Made by a program: the position numbers and the translations under genes. Positions 1 through 11,465 of a DNA stretch of 55,600 nt are shown in pieces. How positions within the stretch are numbered: position 1 is the stretch's first letter; each line of letters opens with the position of its first letter. This DNA comes from Octopus bimaculoides. Its lineage: Eukaryota. The notes beneath the pieces are model-generated. The model worked only from the letters and a program-made list of their open reading frames with translations. It was not told where the DNA came from and made no database searches. Where the stretch lies: NCBI RefSeq assembly GCF_001194135.2, contig NC_068993.1, positions 20,133,130 through 20,188,729 of the forward strand, given 5' to 3'.

Positions 1-173
1 ACACGTACACAGCATCGAATACCACGATGTGAGTGAAAGCTGCTCTCACTGTATTGTCCGGTGTCTGGTAATCCCTTCGATACCGACATCAAACCAAAAA
101 GAGAATCCTGACCACAGAGTGTGGGTAATTATGTCAAATGTCACTGGCAATGTGCATTCAGCTGATTGCAATT

Positions 174-433
174 GTTAAAGCAAGTCACTGAGCATGCGTA
201 CATGTCATACGGGAGAGTTCCAATCAGGGGTGGATAACACCTTATAGGAAAGCCCTATAGTGGCTGCATATACAGCAGTATTTGCGTGATTTCTTCGGAG
301 ACATATTAACCGGTCAGTACAGTATGTGAGTCGTTAGTCTGCGGAAGTTAAAGCAAGTCATTGAGCATGCGTGCATGTCATACGAGAGAGTTCCAATCAG
401 GGGTGGATAATAACCTTATAGGAACCCCCTATA
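174..433 (+). repeat. About 86-bp direct repeat (174-259 and 347-433, period 173)
   Basis: gttaaagcaagtca.tgagcatgcgt.catgtcatacg.gagagttccaatcaggggtggataa...ccctata occurs twice. Confidence 0.85.
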
Positions 434-597
434 CCCACCACGACTACCTGTCTGATAAGGGTACACCATTGTTTAAGCAACTTTCATGTAACCCCACATT
501 GTATTTGTCCTGTGTTCAAATGATTTTTTATGTAAACCCTTTGTGGTTAATAAAGACCGATAGAATAAGTACTAGGCTTACAAAGAATAAGTCATGG

Positions 598-767
598 GGT
601 ATTTCGTCTGCCGCTACGTTCTGAGTTCAAATTCCGCTGAAGTCGACTTTGCCTTTCATTCTTTCGGGGTCGATAAATTAAGTACCACTGAAACACTGGG
701 CTACATGTAATCGATCGGTCCTTTCACCCAAAATTTCAAGCCTTGTGCTTTTAGAAGAAAGGATTAT
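598..767 (+). mobile_element. SINE family A, 5'-truncated copy
   Basis: Shared core gttctgagttcaaattccgc..gtcgactttgcctttcat..ttcggggtcgataaattaagtacca, present in more than 12 copies in this window. Confidence 0.8.
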
Positions 768-835
768 TATACTTGTTGTTGTTGTTGTTCTTGTTATAGT
801 TGTGGTTGCTATTATGATTATTATTAATATTATGA

Positions 836-1607
836 AGGCGGCGAGCAGGCAGAATCGTTAGAACGTCAGGTAAAATGCTTAGCGGTATTTCACCAGTCCG
901 CTAAGTTCTGAGTTCAGATTCCGCCGAGGTCAACTTTGCCTTTCATCCTTTCGGGGTCGATAAATTAAGTACCTGTTGAGTACTGGGATCTTTTTTAAAA
1001 CGGGGGCCACATTTTTCATTAACGAAACACTTTGAAACTTGGAACACTGGTAGAATGTGTCATATAAAACATCTTTTTCTCTTAGTCTTCTTAAAAAAAA
1101 AAAGAAATCCCTAAGTTATTCCATGTTAAAGTTGTCGTATTTCTGTAATTTCAACCAATCACTGACGTCCATTCAGCCGATATACATTAAGTGCCGACTA
1201 CATAAACAAACGATTCTGAAACAATTCTATCGGTGATAGGGTTAGGGTTAGGGTAAAACAGCAAATTTAAAAAGAAAAAAGCAAATAAAACGAAGCTATG
1301 GCTTAATCAGCCAAAGGAGTAAATATAAACAACTGAATACTTGTCAGTGATTGGTTGAAATTATCGAAATAAGACAATTTTTTACATGAAATAAATTCGA
1401 ATACAAAAATATTTTTCTGTTCTATAACACAAAATAGATAAGTATACGAAGTTTGAAAGTCTTTCGGTACCAAAAACACTACGTAAAACATTAATGAAAA
1501 ATGTGGCCCCCGTTTTAAAAAAGATCCGAGTACTGGGGTCGATGTAATCGACTATCCCCTCCCCACAAATTTCAGGCCTTGTGCCTATAGTAGAAAAGAT
1601 TATTATT
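836..1607 (+). mobile_element. SINE family A copy interrupted by the Merlin-type MITE
   Basis: Head ggcggcgagc.ggcagaatcgttag. The sequence resumes exactly after the duplicated GAGTACTG. Confidence 0.8.
986..1527. mobile_element. Merlin-type MITE (542 bp) inserted into a SINE
   Basis: Perfect 37-bp TIRs GGATCTTTTTTAAAACGGGGGCCACATTTTTCATTAA and an 8-bp TSD GAGTACTG (978-985, 1528-1535). 5'-GG termini with 8-9 bp TSDs characterise Merlin/IS1016. Confidence 0.8.
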
Positions 1608-2260
1608 AGCATTATCAAGCACTAATACAAACTACATATGAACCTTTACACTTCGTTCAGCTGCCAAGAAATATCTCCCTAATTCCACTATCACACCATA
1701 CAAAATAAATAACTTTTGAAAAAAGGGCCTGAATGACGAATCACAGTTGGGGATTCTTTGATCATGAGTCCGTTCGATCAAAGCTGATGTAGGCGGGAGC
1801 TAAAAAAAAACAACAACCAAAGCAACAACTAACACTGTTTTTAAACAAAGGACGGAGTGGTCATGGTGGGAGAATCTTTGATGATACGCCGGCTTGAATA
1901 GAATATAAATAACAACAGTTAGTATAGCGAATTTATAACTATATATATATAAATACCTAAATGCTATTGTCATTGTTAATAGACCAAGCATGCCCTTAAC
2001 ATCCACGACTTCGCTATTGTTGATAGAAATATTGCGTTAATCTCCGAAACAAAAGATATTTTAAGGGATATTTGCTTCAAGTAGGGTCTATTTGTTTATA
2101 TAGTTGAGAAGAATAGCGGGCTCTGTTGTGTTTCTCTCGTTTGAAATACAAGTATATACACACGCGCACACAATGATCGTACAGACACTAATCGCCACGG
2201 ATAGAGAGGCAGATAGATAAATGAACGCAGACTGACGCGTCTGCGCGCGCGCGTGTGTGT

Positions 2261-2262
2261 TA

Positions 2263-2302
<40 letters not shown>

Positions 2303-2317
2303 GCTGTCTCTGCCTGT

Positions 2318-2348
<31 letters not shown>

Positions 2349-2481
2349 CACACACACACACACACGTTATGTCTAACTAAACATTTTATGTATTCATGTG
2401 TCTTTAATTCCAACCGGACATTAACGGTTTGACAAAGCATTTTTCTGTTTGAGTCGACGCGATTCCAAGGATTCGTGGGTA

Positions 2482-2514
<33 letters not shown>

Positions 2515-2842
2515 GCACAAACGCACACATACACACACGTATAGGTGTTTCTGCAAATATGCATTCATATAGAGAATATAAATGTATTTACGAATGAATA
2601 TGCATGCATGTATGTATGTATGCATGGATTTATGCTTGTATGCATGCATGCCTGCTTGTATGTGTGTTTGTATGTATGTATTATGTATGTATGCTTTTAT
2701 GTATGTATGTATATATATATGCATGCATGTATGTGCGTGTGCAGTACGTATATGTAGATATGTGTTTATGTATAGCTACATACCTATACATTTGTGTATG
2801 AAGTATGAATATCTGCGGCTTAGAAACACATGTACAAGTAAA

Positions 2843-2876
<34 letters not shown>

Positions 2877-2940
2877 AATGTGCGTGAGTGTGTGTGTGTG
2901 TGCGTGTACAAACGTAGATGCGTTTCTTGACACGAACGCA
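2261..2940. repeat. Compound microsatellite field (TATC, CT, CA, TATG, GT)
   Basis: Direct inspection. It accounts for the spurious CV/MY/HT-rich ORFs in the track. Similar fields at about 8530-8830, 16030-16114, 21403-21453, 22313-22370, 26999-27066, 48660-48860 and 54080-54365. Confidence 0.95.
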
Positions 2941-2999
2941 CTATCAACAGCTAGCTGTTTCGTTAGCCTTTCAAACTTCGTGGCTGACGTTGTCATAGC

Positions 3000-3450
3000 A
3001 GAGATGAATGCTTGAATGAAGCTAAAAATGATTAGCCCTAAAAGCCTGGGAATCCTGTGGATAATGTCAACATTGAGTAGGCTTGATGTTATGGTGTTAG
3101 TAAATGAGGCATAAACAAGGGGTTAAGAGTATGTGTTTTAAGCATGACTGTGTTAAAACTATACGTTTCATTGTTGCTGCTACTGTACTAAAATTCAGAG
3201 TGCAAATGTTTGCCAAAACAGACATCTAGTACTTGAGAACCTACTAGTTACAGATGAGTAAATGCTTAAGGTGCCAGGCTGGAAGCCAAAAGGTACCATT
3301 GGTTGTAAAACAAGGTGTGCTAAAACACTGGAGATGTAGCTAGTTCCGTTTCATAACTTATTGGTTTAAAAGAGCTCCAATGAGGCCTTCATCGTCGTTG
3401 TTTAGTGTATCAAGGACAAGTCAACTTGTTGTAGACTCTTTCTCTCTAAG
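3000..3450 (-). pseudogene. Possible highly degraded LINE (CR1/L2-like) 3' ORF2 remnant
   Basis: Only weak motif resemblance on the minus strand (LFYNQWY..SLAP, similar to LFYRYY...SELA). Confidence 0.25.
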
Positions 3451-4185
3451 CTGCATTGAACGTTAGAAGTTTGCTTGCCACTCATGAGGTCCCAGGTTCG
3501 ATCCTACTGCTTGGCGTCTTGGCTAATTGTCTTTCTTTTTAGATAGATTCAAGTCCACCCAAGTTTTGTTGGTGAATTTTAGTAGACGGAAACTTTGTGC
3601 AAGCCCGTACGTTGAGATGTGTCCGTTATTTAAAGGACTAGCTTTGTCACACTATATCATACTGATTCCGTTCGAGAATTCTATTAAAGGTGCCCCTAAC
3701 TGTTGGATATTCAGCCATTTTACATGCTAATTCAATGATCAGGTAGTTCAACAGATTGAAACAACTGAATATTTATCAATGAAACCAGTGGAAATTTATT
3801 ACATAGAAAGCAGGAACTGAAATTAATGCTACGATAATACGATTTCTAGTATTTAGACACTCTCATTCTGATCAATATGAGATTTATTCCACTGGTAGTC
3901 AAACAACTCGAAAAGGGTGGCAGTGTTGTTTGGGAAAGGCTTAGATATCGAGGTAAGGAAGATCTTTCTGGTTCTGGGCAGCAGACAAGTAGTTGTGAAC
4001 ATTGAGTAGCACTCAAAACGATTGTTGGGAATAGTGATGTAACTCTTTCAGGCGTTTAGAAATACTCTTGGAAGATCTCTGTTATTAGTATTAATGTGGT
4101 GGTCGTGCTGGCTCTTAATTGCACTTGGCAATGTGTGGAAATAGCAGAGACTACTTCTCTAGAATACGCTCAGCCAGTTACAACG

Positions 4186-4221
<36 letters not shown>

Positions 4222-4436
4222 GGATTACTCAATTCAGTGTTAGACGAATCTTGTTTTCCACGAGATTAGTGAATATTTCGAGTAGGTGGTTACTCGGCTA
4301 CAATTCTGAGGCCTATACAATCAATTCTGAAGACACCGCTTGGCACAGACTCGACCACTGAAAGCCGTCGGCACAGAAAGCCAAGAGTGATCGCATTATT
4401 GAGAAAGTTTGTCAGAGACCGTTATAAATAGCTGAT

Positions 4437-4770
4437 AGAGGCACTGACACTTCGCTGGTTACGATGACGAGGGTTCCAGTTGATCCGATCAACGGAACAG
4501 CCTGCTCGAGAAAATAACGTGCAAGTGAGTGGGCGCTCCACAGGCACACGTGCCCTAAACATAGTACTGGAGGAAAGGTGGTTTCAGCGTGACACAGAAT
4601 GTGACAAGGTTGGCCCTTTGAAGTACAAGTATTACACATTGTTGCCAGCTGAGTGCACTGGAACAACGTAAAATAAAGTGTCTTGCTGAAGGACACAACC
4701 CACCGGGTATCGTACTCACGAACTCAACAATCGTAAACCGAATACCCTAACTTCTAAACCACGCGCCTTC
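4437..4770 (-). mobile_element. tRNA-head SINE sharing the family B tail but with a different head and body
   Basis: 4450-4625 matches the family B tail. 4660-4770 resembles the heads at 15148-15280 and 43070-43198 (aagtgtcttgct.aagga/gcacaa). Confidence 0.7.
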
Positions 4771-5001
4771 ACAGTTGGAGGTACATTGATTTAAAAAGAA
4801 GATTAGTGTTAAATTCACTCGTTTAAATACGGATAGAACTTAGCTGATCAGAAATGTAAGACAACTGGTGGAAAATTATTTTCAGCTGTATGAAGAGGGT
4901 GAAGTCGCGTTGCTAGAAAATGATGAGGACAAGGAGTTGACGAATGCAGAGGTAAATACTTTGACTAAGGTGCTAGCTAAAAGGTTGTCTATTATTCTTG
5001 G

Positions 5002-5388
5002 TGGAGGTGCATTGACCCAGTGGTTAGGGTAGCGGACACGCGGTCGTAGGTTCGCGGTTTCGATTCCCAGGCCGGGCATTGTGAGTGTTTATTGAGCGAA
5101 ACCGCCTAAAGCTCCACGAGGCTCCGGCAGGAGGTGGGGTGGCGAACCCTGCTGTACTCTTTTACCACAACTTTCTCTCACTCTCTCTTCTTGTTTCTGT
5201 TGTACCTGTATTTCAAAGGGCCAGCCTTGTCACACTCTGTGTCATGCTGAATCTCCTCCGAGAACTACGTTAAGGATACACGTGTCTGTGGAGTGCTCAG
5301 CCACTTGCACGTTAATTTCACGAGCAGGCTGTTCCGTTGATCGGATCAACTGGAACCCTCATCGTCGTAACCGACGGAGTGCCAACCA
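5002..5388 (+). mobile_element. tRNA-head SINE family B, full length
   Basis: A box tgacccagtgg, B box ggtttcgattcc, and a tail with the hairpin gttccgttgatcggatcaactggaac. Homologous to 17868-18237. Confidence 0.8.
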
Positions 5389-6103
5389 AAACCTTTAATC
5401 TTGACAGTGTTACTGGGCTGAAAAAAACTGAGAAGATTTATCCAAGTCAACTTCCAATTCTTACTATAAACTGTTGAAATTGGATTTAGTGGGATTTTTT
5501 TATCACATTAAAGATCAATCAAAAGAGTCCGACAACTTTAAGCTCCAACACTCGAGAGAATTTCTAGACGCAAATGTTATTGACTATATTTTCTGGGACT
5601 GTATCACAGTATTATACAGCTTTGGTCACCTATCGGAACTATTTGATCTCATGTACTCTATTAAAATCGTTTTCACTTGCTCCTTCTTTAAGTTTTGTTG
5701 CTTGAGCTTGTGTTGTATCAGTTGAATGTATTAAAGGACATCTCACAAGAAGGATCCAGAAAGGTGGTGTTTACATGTGTGTCAATGTCATGGTGTAGGA
5801 TACTTGGACATCCGGTTGAAATACATGATAATAATTGGAGAACAGATTAAACATTAAAATTCGGAGTTTGCAACTCAGCATCTAGGAAGAAATGTACCAA
5901 CCAGTGATTGTCTTTAGATTGATAGTCCTGTCAAACAGCTTGGTGTTTAGTTCGGTTCAAGACGAATAGGAACTGGAAGCAGTCTTGCCTAGAAATGGGC
6001 TGAGAGGAAACTATTCCTGAAACATTGGGTACGAATTGTGAGCTTTGTATTTGGGAACCATTAAACTTACTTTTTGAGAACAACATATTGTTTATCATCT
6101 CAA

Positions 6104-6305
6104 AGTCGCGAGCTGACAGAGTCGTTAGAGCTTAGCAGCATTTCTTCTGGTTCTTAACGCTTTGAGTTCAAATCCTGCCAAGGTTAAATTTGTCATTCAT
6201 TCTTCCCTGATCGGTTAAATAAAGTACCAATCTGGTAGTGGGATCGAGCTAATCGACTGACACCCTCTCCTCGAAATTACTAGCCTTGTTTCAAAATTTG
6301 AAACC
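6104..6305 (+). mobile_element. SINE family A, diverged copy
   Basis: gcgagctgacagagtcgttag...gagttcaaatcctgccaagg...aaagtacca...ccttgtttcaaaatttgaaacc. Confidence 0.65.
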
Positions 6306-9300
6306 AAATTTAACATCTCAAAATAACATGAGACCTTTATTTAACATTTATTTTCATGAGAATTTCGTCTCTTTCCAGCATGCATTGTGTTTTTAAACAC
6401 AGCAGGTCCATAAGAGATTTTATCTTTGACAAAACAGCAGTAACTTGTCTGTCATTTGTGTATATACATTAAGTATGGAACATGGATGGCTATTTTAAGA
6501 AAAGGATAGTCTTTATTTTAATGATTATAATTATTTTCTTTAGGAGCTGGAAATATCAAGAACACAGAAACGAAAGAAGCAGAAAGGCTTTGACTTATCC
6601 TTGATTGAATTGCACCAAACAAACTAGAGTAATTAAAAACGTGTAAAATAGAAATATATACAAAAAATAGAAAGTACGAAATGTACTGAATTTCTGTATA
6701 TGAGTCATGGCAAAAATTATTTTTGATTTGCATATTATAAAGCTTATCATAATTACAGCGAAATTAATTTAATCATGACTAAGCTATGTTCCAGATTTTA
6801 ACAATATTTTGTTCATTACTGATATACAGAAATTAAGTACGTTTCTTAACTTCCGTTTCGCTTATTATTTCTTCCTTACACTTATTTTATGGGCCTCTTG
6901 AAATGTAAAAAAAAAAATTTAAAAAAAAAAANNNNNNNNNNAAAAAAAAAAAAAAATTCACATCTGGTTACCTAGATAACTGGTGTCACGTTAAAATCCC
7001 CCTTAAATAATGTAACTCTGATCTGCTCCAACATTAACGCAGATAAATCAAAATATATCCGTTATATTAAACATATAAGCATATTGAACAATATTTTAAA
7101 TGATAGAAGAATATCATCTTCTTCCAAAATTTAGTCCAACTTCTGCACTTAAAAGAAACAAAGTTAACAAAGTACTCAATAGCAGAATTTTCCTATGTCC
7201 TTATGTATGTATAGGCAAATGAACGAAAGAACAAACGAACGAACGAGACCTCCACATACTAGTCAGCCTATAATGTAATACCAACTACACTTTTCCTGTT
7301 ACCACACTCTGCTTATCCTATGTGAGTTCTTCACCAAACCACATTCTTCTACAAAGAGTAGCCAAAGTCATCTTCAAATCACACACTTCTGTCTTGTGCA
7401 CGTATATACGTATGAGCTAAATTGGACGCCTCCGACGAAGTTGCAAGATCTGCTGAATTAACAGCTGAATCTCCTTTGCATCAAACTCCTTTGACTTATG
7501 TATGTATGTATGTATGTAAGTCAACAACACAGGGCAAAATGTCTTGTGGCATTTTTACGTGCCCTCTGGAAAAGGTTAATTATATATAGGAGGAGCTAAT
7601 GAATCGATTTGAGCAGCTGCATTAAAGAGATATCATAAACGGCTTACTAATGGTCAGAATGGCAGTTGATCATTTTTTTAATGTAAAACATGAAATATGC
7701 GTTTGCCATGATAGCGCCCATGAACCGAAGCACGAGAGCAGGAAAGTATTGGTAGGCCAGGGTGGCGGAGGGCCTGCATCACATTAAATTTACAATTCGA
7801 TATTTGATAAACCACAGTGAACGCGGTCTATCTGATTCTAAAAAGACGTGTGCGTTCTTTGTAGCAGCAATTTGCCGACTATTTCACGATGAAGGACAGA
7901 CTGGAAGATGTCTGCTGCGACGTTCTGCCGCTGTGTGGAGAACGTCTTTAGCTCGAGTGCGAGGTAAGAGACAAACCACCGAGACTGAATAGTTTGCTGT
8001 ATAACTTATATCACTACATTTCACCTATTTTCTTCCGTAGTTGACTACAAGTACAGGCTATACCTTGTCGTCTAAGCTGAGAAGTGGTGGCACTTCTTAG
8101 AAAACACCCAAACAAAAAGGAACATGTTTGACAACTTCAATCTCATAACTCTACTAAACACAGACTTCGAGATTTGGGGAAAAGTACCCTTTTAAGAGAT
8201 TGTCGCTTGTTGTAGGCAGTGTTGTGGGGGATGCAGATGTTAAAATGACATGAACAAAAACAACACGGATATGATTTAATCGCTGTTTTCTTTAATAAAT
8301 GAGCCACAACTTAACGATTAACTTTACTTGCTAAGGAGGGTAATTCTGCATTGGTACTTGATCTGCTAAAAACATCAGCCAAATTGACCTCGACCACAGT
8401 CAACTGTTTTATAAACAAAGAACATTTGATAATGTAGTCTTAGATGCATTATGCCTCAATACAAGTTGGATTTTATCATGTTTGTTTGATCAAGTGTTGA
8501 CTTGAGATTAAATTACAACTCTACTATAAAAGAGATGTCTCTAATCTATCTATCTATCTAGCTAGCTAGCTAGCTAGCTGTCTGTCTATATATATATACA
8601 TATATACATGCATGCATACATACACACGCACCGCATACACGTATGCACATACAAATATATACACATAAATGTAGATAGATCGATAAACGATATAGAGACA
8701 GACAGACAGACAGATAGATAGTCAGAGAGAGACCGATAAAGAGATAGATAGACAGAGAGAGAGGGGGAGAGAGAGAGAGAGAGAAAGAAAGAGTGGGTGA
8801 GAGAGAAAGAAAGAGTGGGTGAGAGAGAAAGAGACTAGGTGTATAAGTATGGAAATACGAGTAAGTAAAATGAAGTAGAGCAAAAAATTATGTTAGTGGA
8901 TGATGATGAAAGACAGATAAATCGATCGGTTTTGATGACCTTGTCGATAGATGGGTTAAGATAAAAAAAAAAAGACGTATTTTTTGTACCTGTGTAGAAA
9001 TAGCTTTGTAAGTGTGTGTGCGCGAGAAAAAGAAAGTGTGTGCGCACGGGCGAGAAAAAAGAAAAAAGAAAAAGAGCGAGGAGAGGAAGAGAGTGATATT
9101 GATACAGGAGGGCAATGAGGGGGGGGATGAATGAGAAAAAATGATAAAAAAAGGATTACTTTTGCTACTTTACTTTTCTGGTGAAAAATAAATAATTTTC
9201 TCACAATTTTAGAGAAGTGGGGGTAGTAGAAATAACACGCCGAGTAGATAACACCCACGCATCAAACTGGTGTCGCTTGCATCTACAAAATCGATAAAAA

Positions 9301-9821
9301 TGGTTTTGTCTTTATAGCTGTTTAACAAGCACGCCAAAAATTTCGTTTGCAACTGTAGATACATAAATTTTAATGCAAATGGGGAAAATGTGATGAAAGC
9401 GGACATATTTATTTCGCGTCTATATCAAATCTTTTTTATTATTTTCTCAAATCATCCAAAGAAAAAAGGGAATTAACGAATCTAGGATTGTTGTTTGTGA
9501 GACAAGAATCAATTTCAAAGATTGCAAATTGTGTGAGCAGAATCCTCAGAATATTACTGGCAGGGAATCGTAGCGAAACTGTAAGCGAATGAATGAATGG
9601 ATGAAAGCGAATGGCATACAACTTCGTGTTGTGTAAAACAATGTACTTATTATGTCATGTATTACTATGAAGGGAATTCATGGCTTGGACGTCATCTCGA
9701 GTGGATGTTTCTTTTGGCGTTTACTAAAGTGATGTATGTATTATGTGTGTATATGTGTGTGTATAAGTGTGTGTGTATGTATGTATGTATGTGTATATAT
9801 ATATGTTTGTGTGTGTGTACA

Positions 9822-10002
9822 ATTCTATATTTAAGAGATGAGGAATTATGTACATTATTTACATTTACATTTTAAGGATATTTGTCCTCAACTTATCTGA
9901 TGTTAACGCAACGTTTCGGCTGACATACCCTCCAGCCTTCATCAGGCGTCTTGGGGAAATTTCGAACCTGAGCTCTCATTCCTAAGGTATTTTTCGATGT
10001 TG

Positions 10003-10050
<48 letters not shown>

Positions 10051-10140
10051 TCATACATACATTTACATACATGCATATGTATACATACACACACACATAC
10101 ATTTATACATAACCTAAATGCTCTTAACCACTACGCTATA
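9822..10140 (-). mobile_element. SINE-like repeat with (TAA)n tract and hammerhead-bearing tail; left copy of an inverted pair
   Basis: 9851-10053 is the reverse complement of 10195-10385. An A-box-like TAGCGTAGTGG lies on the minus strand near 10128-10138, separated from the body by a microsatellite. Confidence 0.65.
9905..9950 (-). ncRNA. Minimal type I hammerhead ribozyme motif (copy 2)
   Basis: On the minus strand: GACGC-CUGAUGA-A-GGCUG(GAGGGUAUGU)CAGCC-GAAAC-GUU-GCGUU. Stem I GACGC/GCGUU is a compensatory variant of copy 1. Confidence 0.7.
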
Positions 10141-10147
10141 TGCCCGT

Positions 10148-10385
10148 GGTCATATGGCTACTAACCCCAAAATTCCGAGTTCGATTTCAGGCAGTGACCT
10201 GAATAATAATAAGAAGAACAACAACAACAACAACATCGAAAAATACCTTACAAATGAGAACCCAGGTTCGAAATTTCCCCAAGACACCTGATGAAGGCTG
10301 GAGGGTATATCAGCCGAAACGTTGTGTTAACAGCAAACAAGATGAGGACAAATATCCGTCAATTGCAAATAATGTAAATAATGTA
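10148..10385 (+). mobile_element. SINE-like repeat with partial tRNA head and hammerhead-bearing tail; right copy
   Basis: Anticodon-loop-like CTACTAA and B-box-like GAGTTCGATT at 10159-10186, followed by a body homologous to the left copy. Confidence 0.65.
10283..10328 (+). ncRNA. Minimal type I hammerhead ribozyme motif (copy 1)
   Basis: GACAC-CUGAUGA-A-GGCUG(GAGGGUAUAU)CAGCC-GAAAC-GUU-GUGUU. Stem I GACAC/GUGUU, stem II GGCUG/CAGCC, loopless palindromic stem III ACGU, predicted cleavage 3' of GUU at 10323. Confidence 0.7.
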
Positions 10386-10589
10386 TATGCATGTGTATTT
10401 ATGTATGCATGCATGTAGGTTATGTATATATGTATGTGTGTGTGTATGTATACATATGCATGTATGTAAATGTATGTACATGCAATAATGCGAGAGGTAT
10501 TTGAGGACATATTGGTAATTTAATAAAACAACTCTAATTTAGAAAACAAAAGCCAAAAATATAAATAGTTCTTTATTGAAAAGTTGTGC

Positions 10590-11465
10590 ATACCTTCTCG
10601 ATGAGCTGTGAATGAAAACGCTTTCATCTTCGATGATAGCTTTCGGACATCATCTGGACAGTAGTGATCTTCAGTAAAGCTATGGTATTTATTTCTTTAT
10701 TGCCCACAAGGGGACAAACAAAGACAGACAAAGGGATTAAGTCGATTACATCGATTCCAGTGCGTAACTGGTACTTAATTTATCGACCCCGAAAGGATGA
10801 AAGGCAAAGTCGACCTCGGCGGAATTTGAACTCAGAACGTAACGGCAGACGAAACACTTATTTCTTTATTGCCCACAAGAGGCTAAACATAGAGAAGACA
10901 AACAAGGACATACAAAGGGATTAAGTCGATTACATCGACCCCAGTGCTTAACTGGTACTTAATTTATCGACCCCGAAAGGATGAAAGGTAAAGTCGTCCT
11001 CGGCGGAATTTGAACTCAGAACGTAACGGCAGACGAAATACCGCTAAGCATTTCGCCCAGCGTGCTAGCGATTCTGCCAGCTCGCAGCCTTAAGTAAAGC
11101 TATGGTATTGTGAGGGTGTCATTAGTCTCCTTCCCGACGACGCTTCAAACGTTGTAGTCCATGGAATTTAAATTTGACAAGTATGGAGGCCTCGAGTTTG
11201 GTGTTAAATTATCGTAAATATAGTCTGACATCCATTTTTGAGGTATGTGGGCTTTGTGAGAAGGTGCTGAATTTTGTTGAAACATGTATAAGCCTTCAAC
11301 AGCTTACTTCATCCATTCAGGGCTTGACAAATAATCGTCTCTAGCACCTCAACGTATCCAGCAGCATTAATTCTAAGACTCCGTGGAAAGCTGTGAGATA
11401 GCTTGACATGATCTTCGTTACGTACTACTCCACAAACCTTACCGGTTGCTAGAAACTTACTGAGT
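10590..11465 (-). pseudogene. Second maT-like transposase remnant, split by the SINE dimer
   Basis: CGVVRNEDHVKLSHSFPRSLRINAAGYVEVLET (ORF 11309-11524), then FQQNSAPSHKAH and NLNSMDYNV. Homology continues past the SINE TSD below 10673. Confidence 0.7.
10690..11092 (-). mobile_element. SINE family A head-to-tail dimer (full copy plus 5'-truncated copy) with one 17-bp TSD
   Basis: TSD AGTAAAGCTATGGTATT at 10673-10689 and 11093-11109. Two near-identical cores start at about 10690 and about 10858. Confidence 0.85.

Noticed and set aside
2294-2947. Numerous ORF-track entries rich in CV, MY, HT, IY, ER or SL repeats (here and throughout)
   Set aside because: They are translations of dinucleotide and tetranucleotide microsatellites or run through N gaps.
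5002-5075. tRNA-like sequences at SINE heads
   Set aside because: Imperfect cloverleaves continuing into SINE bodies with no Pol III terminator; not genuine tRNA genes.
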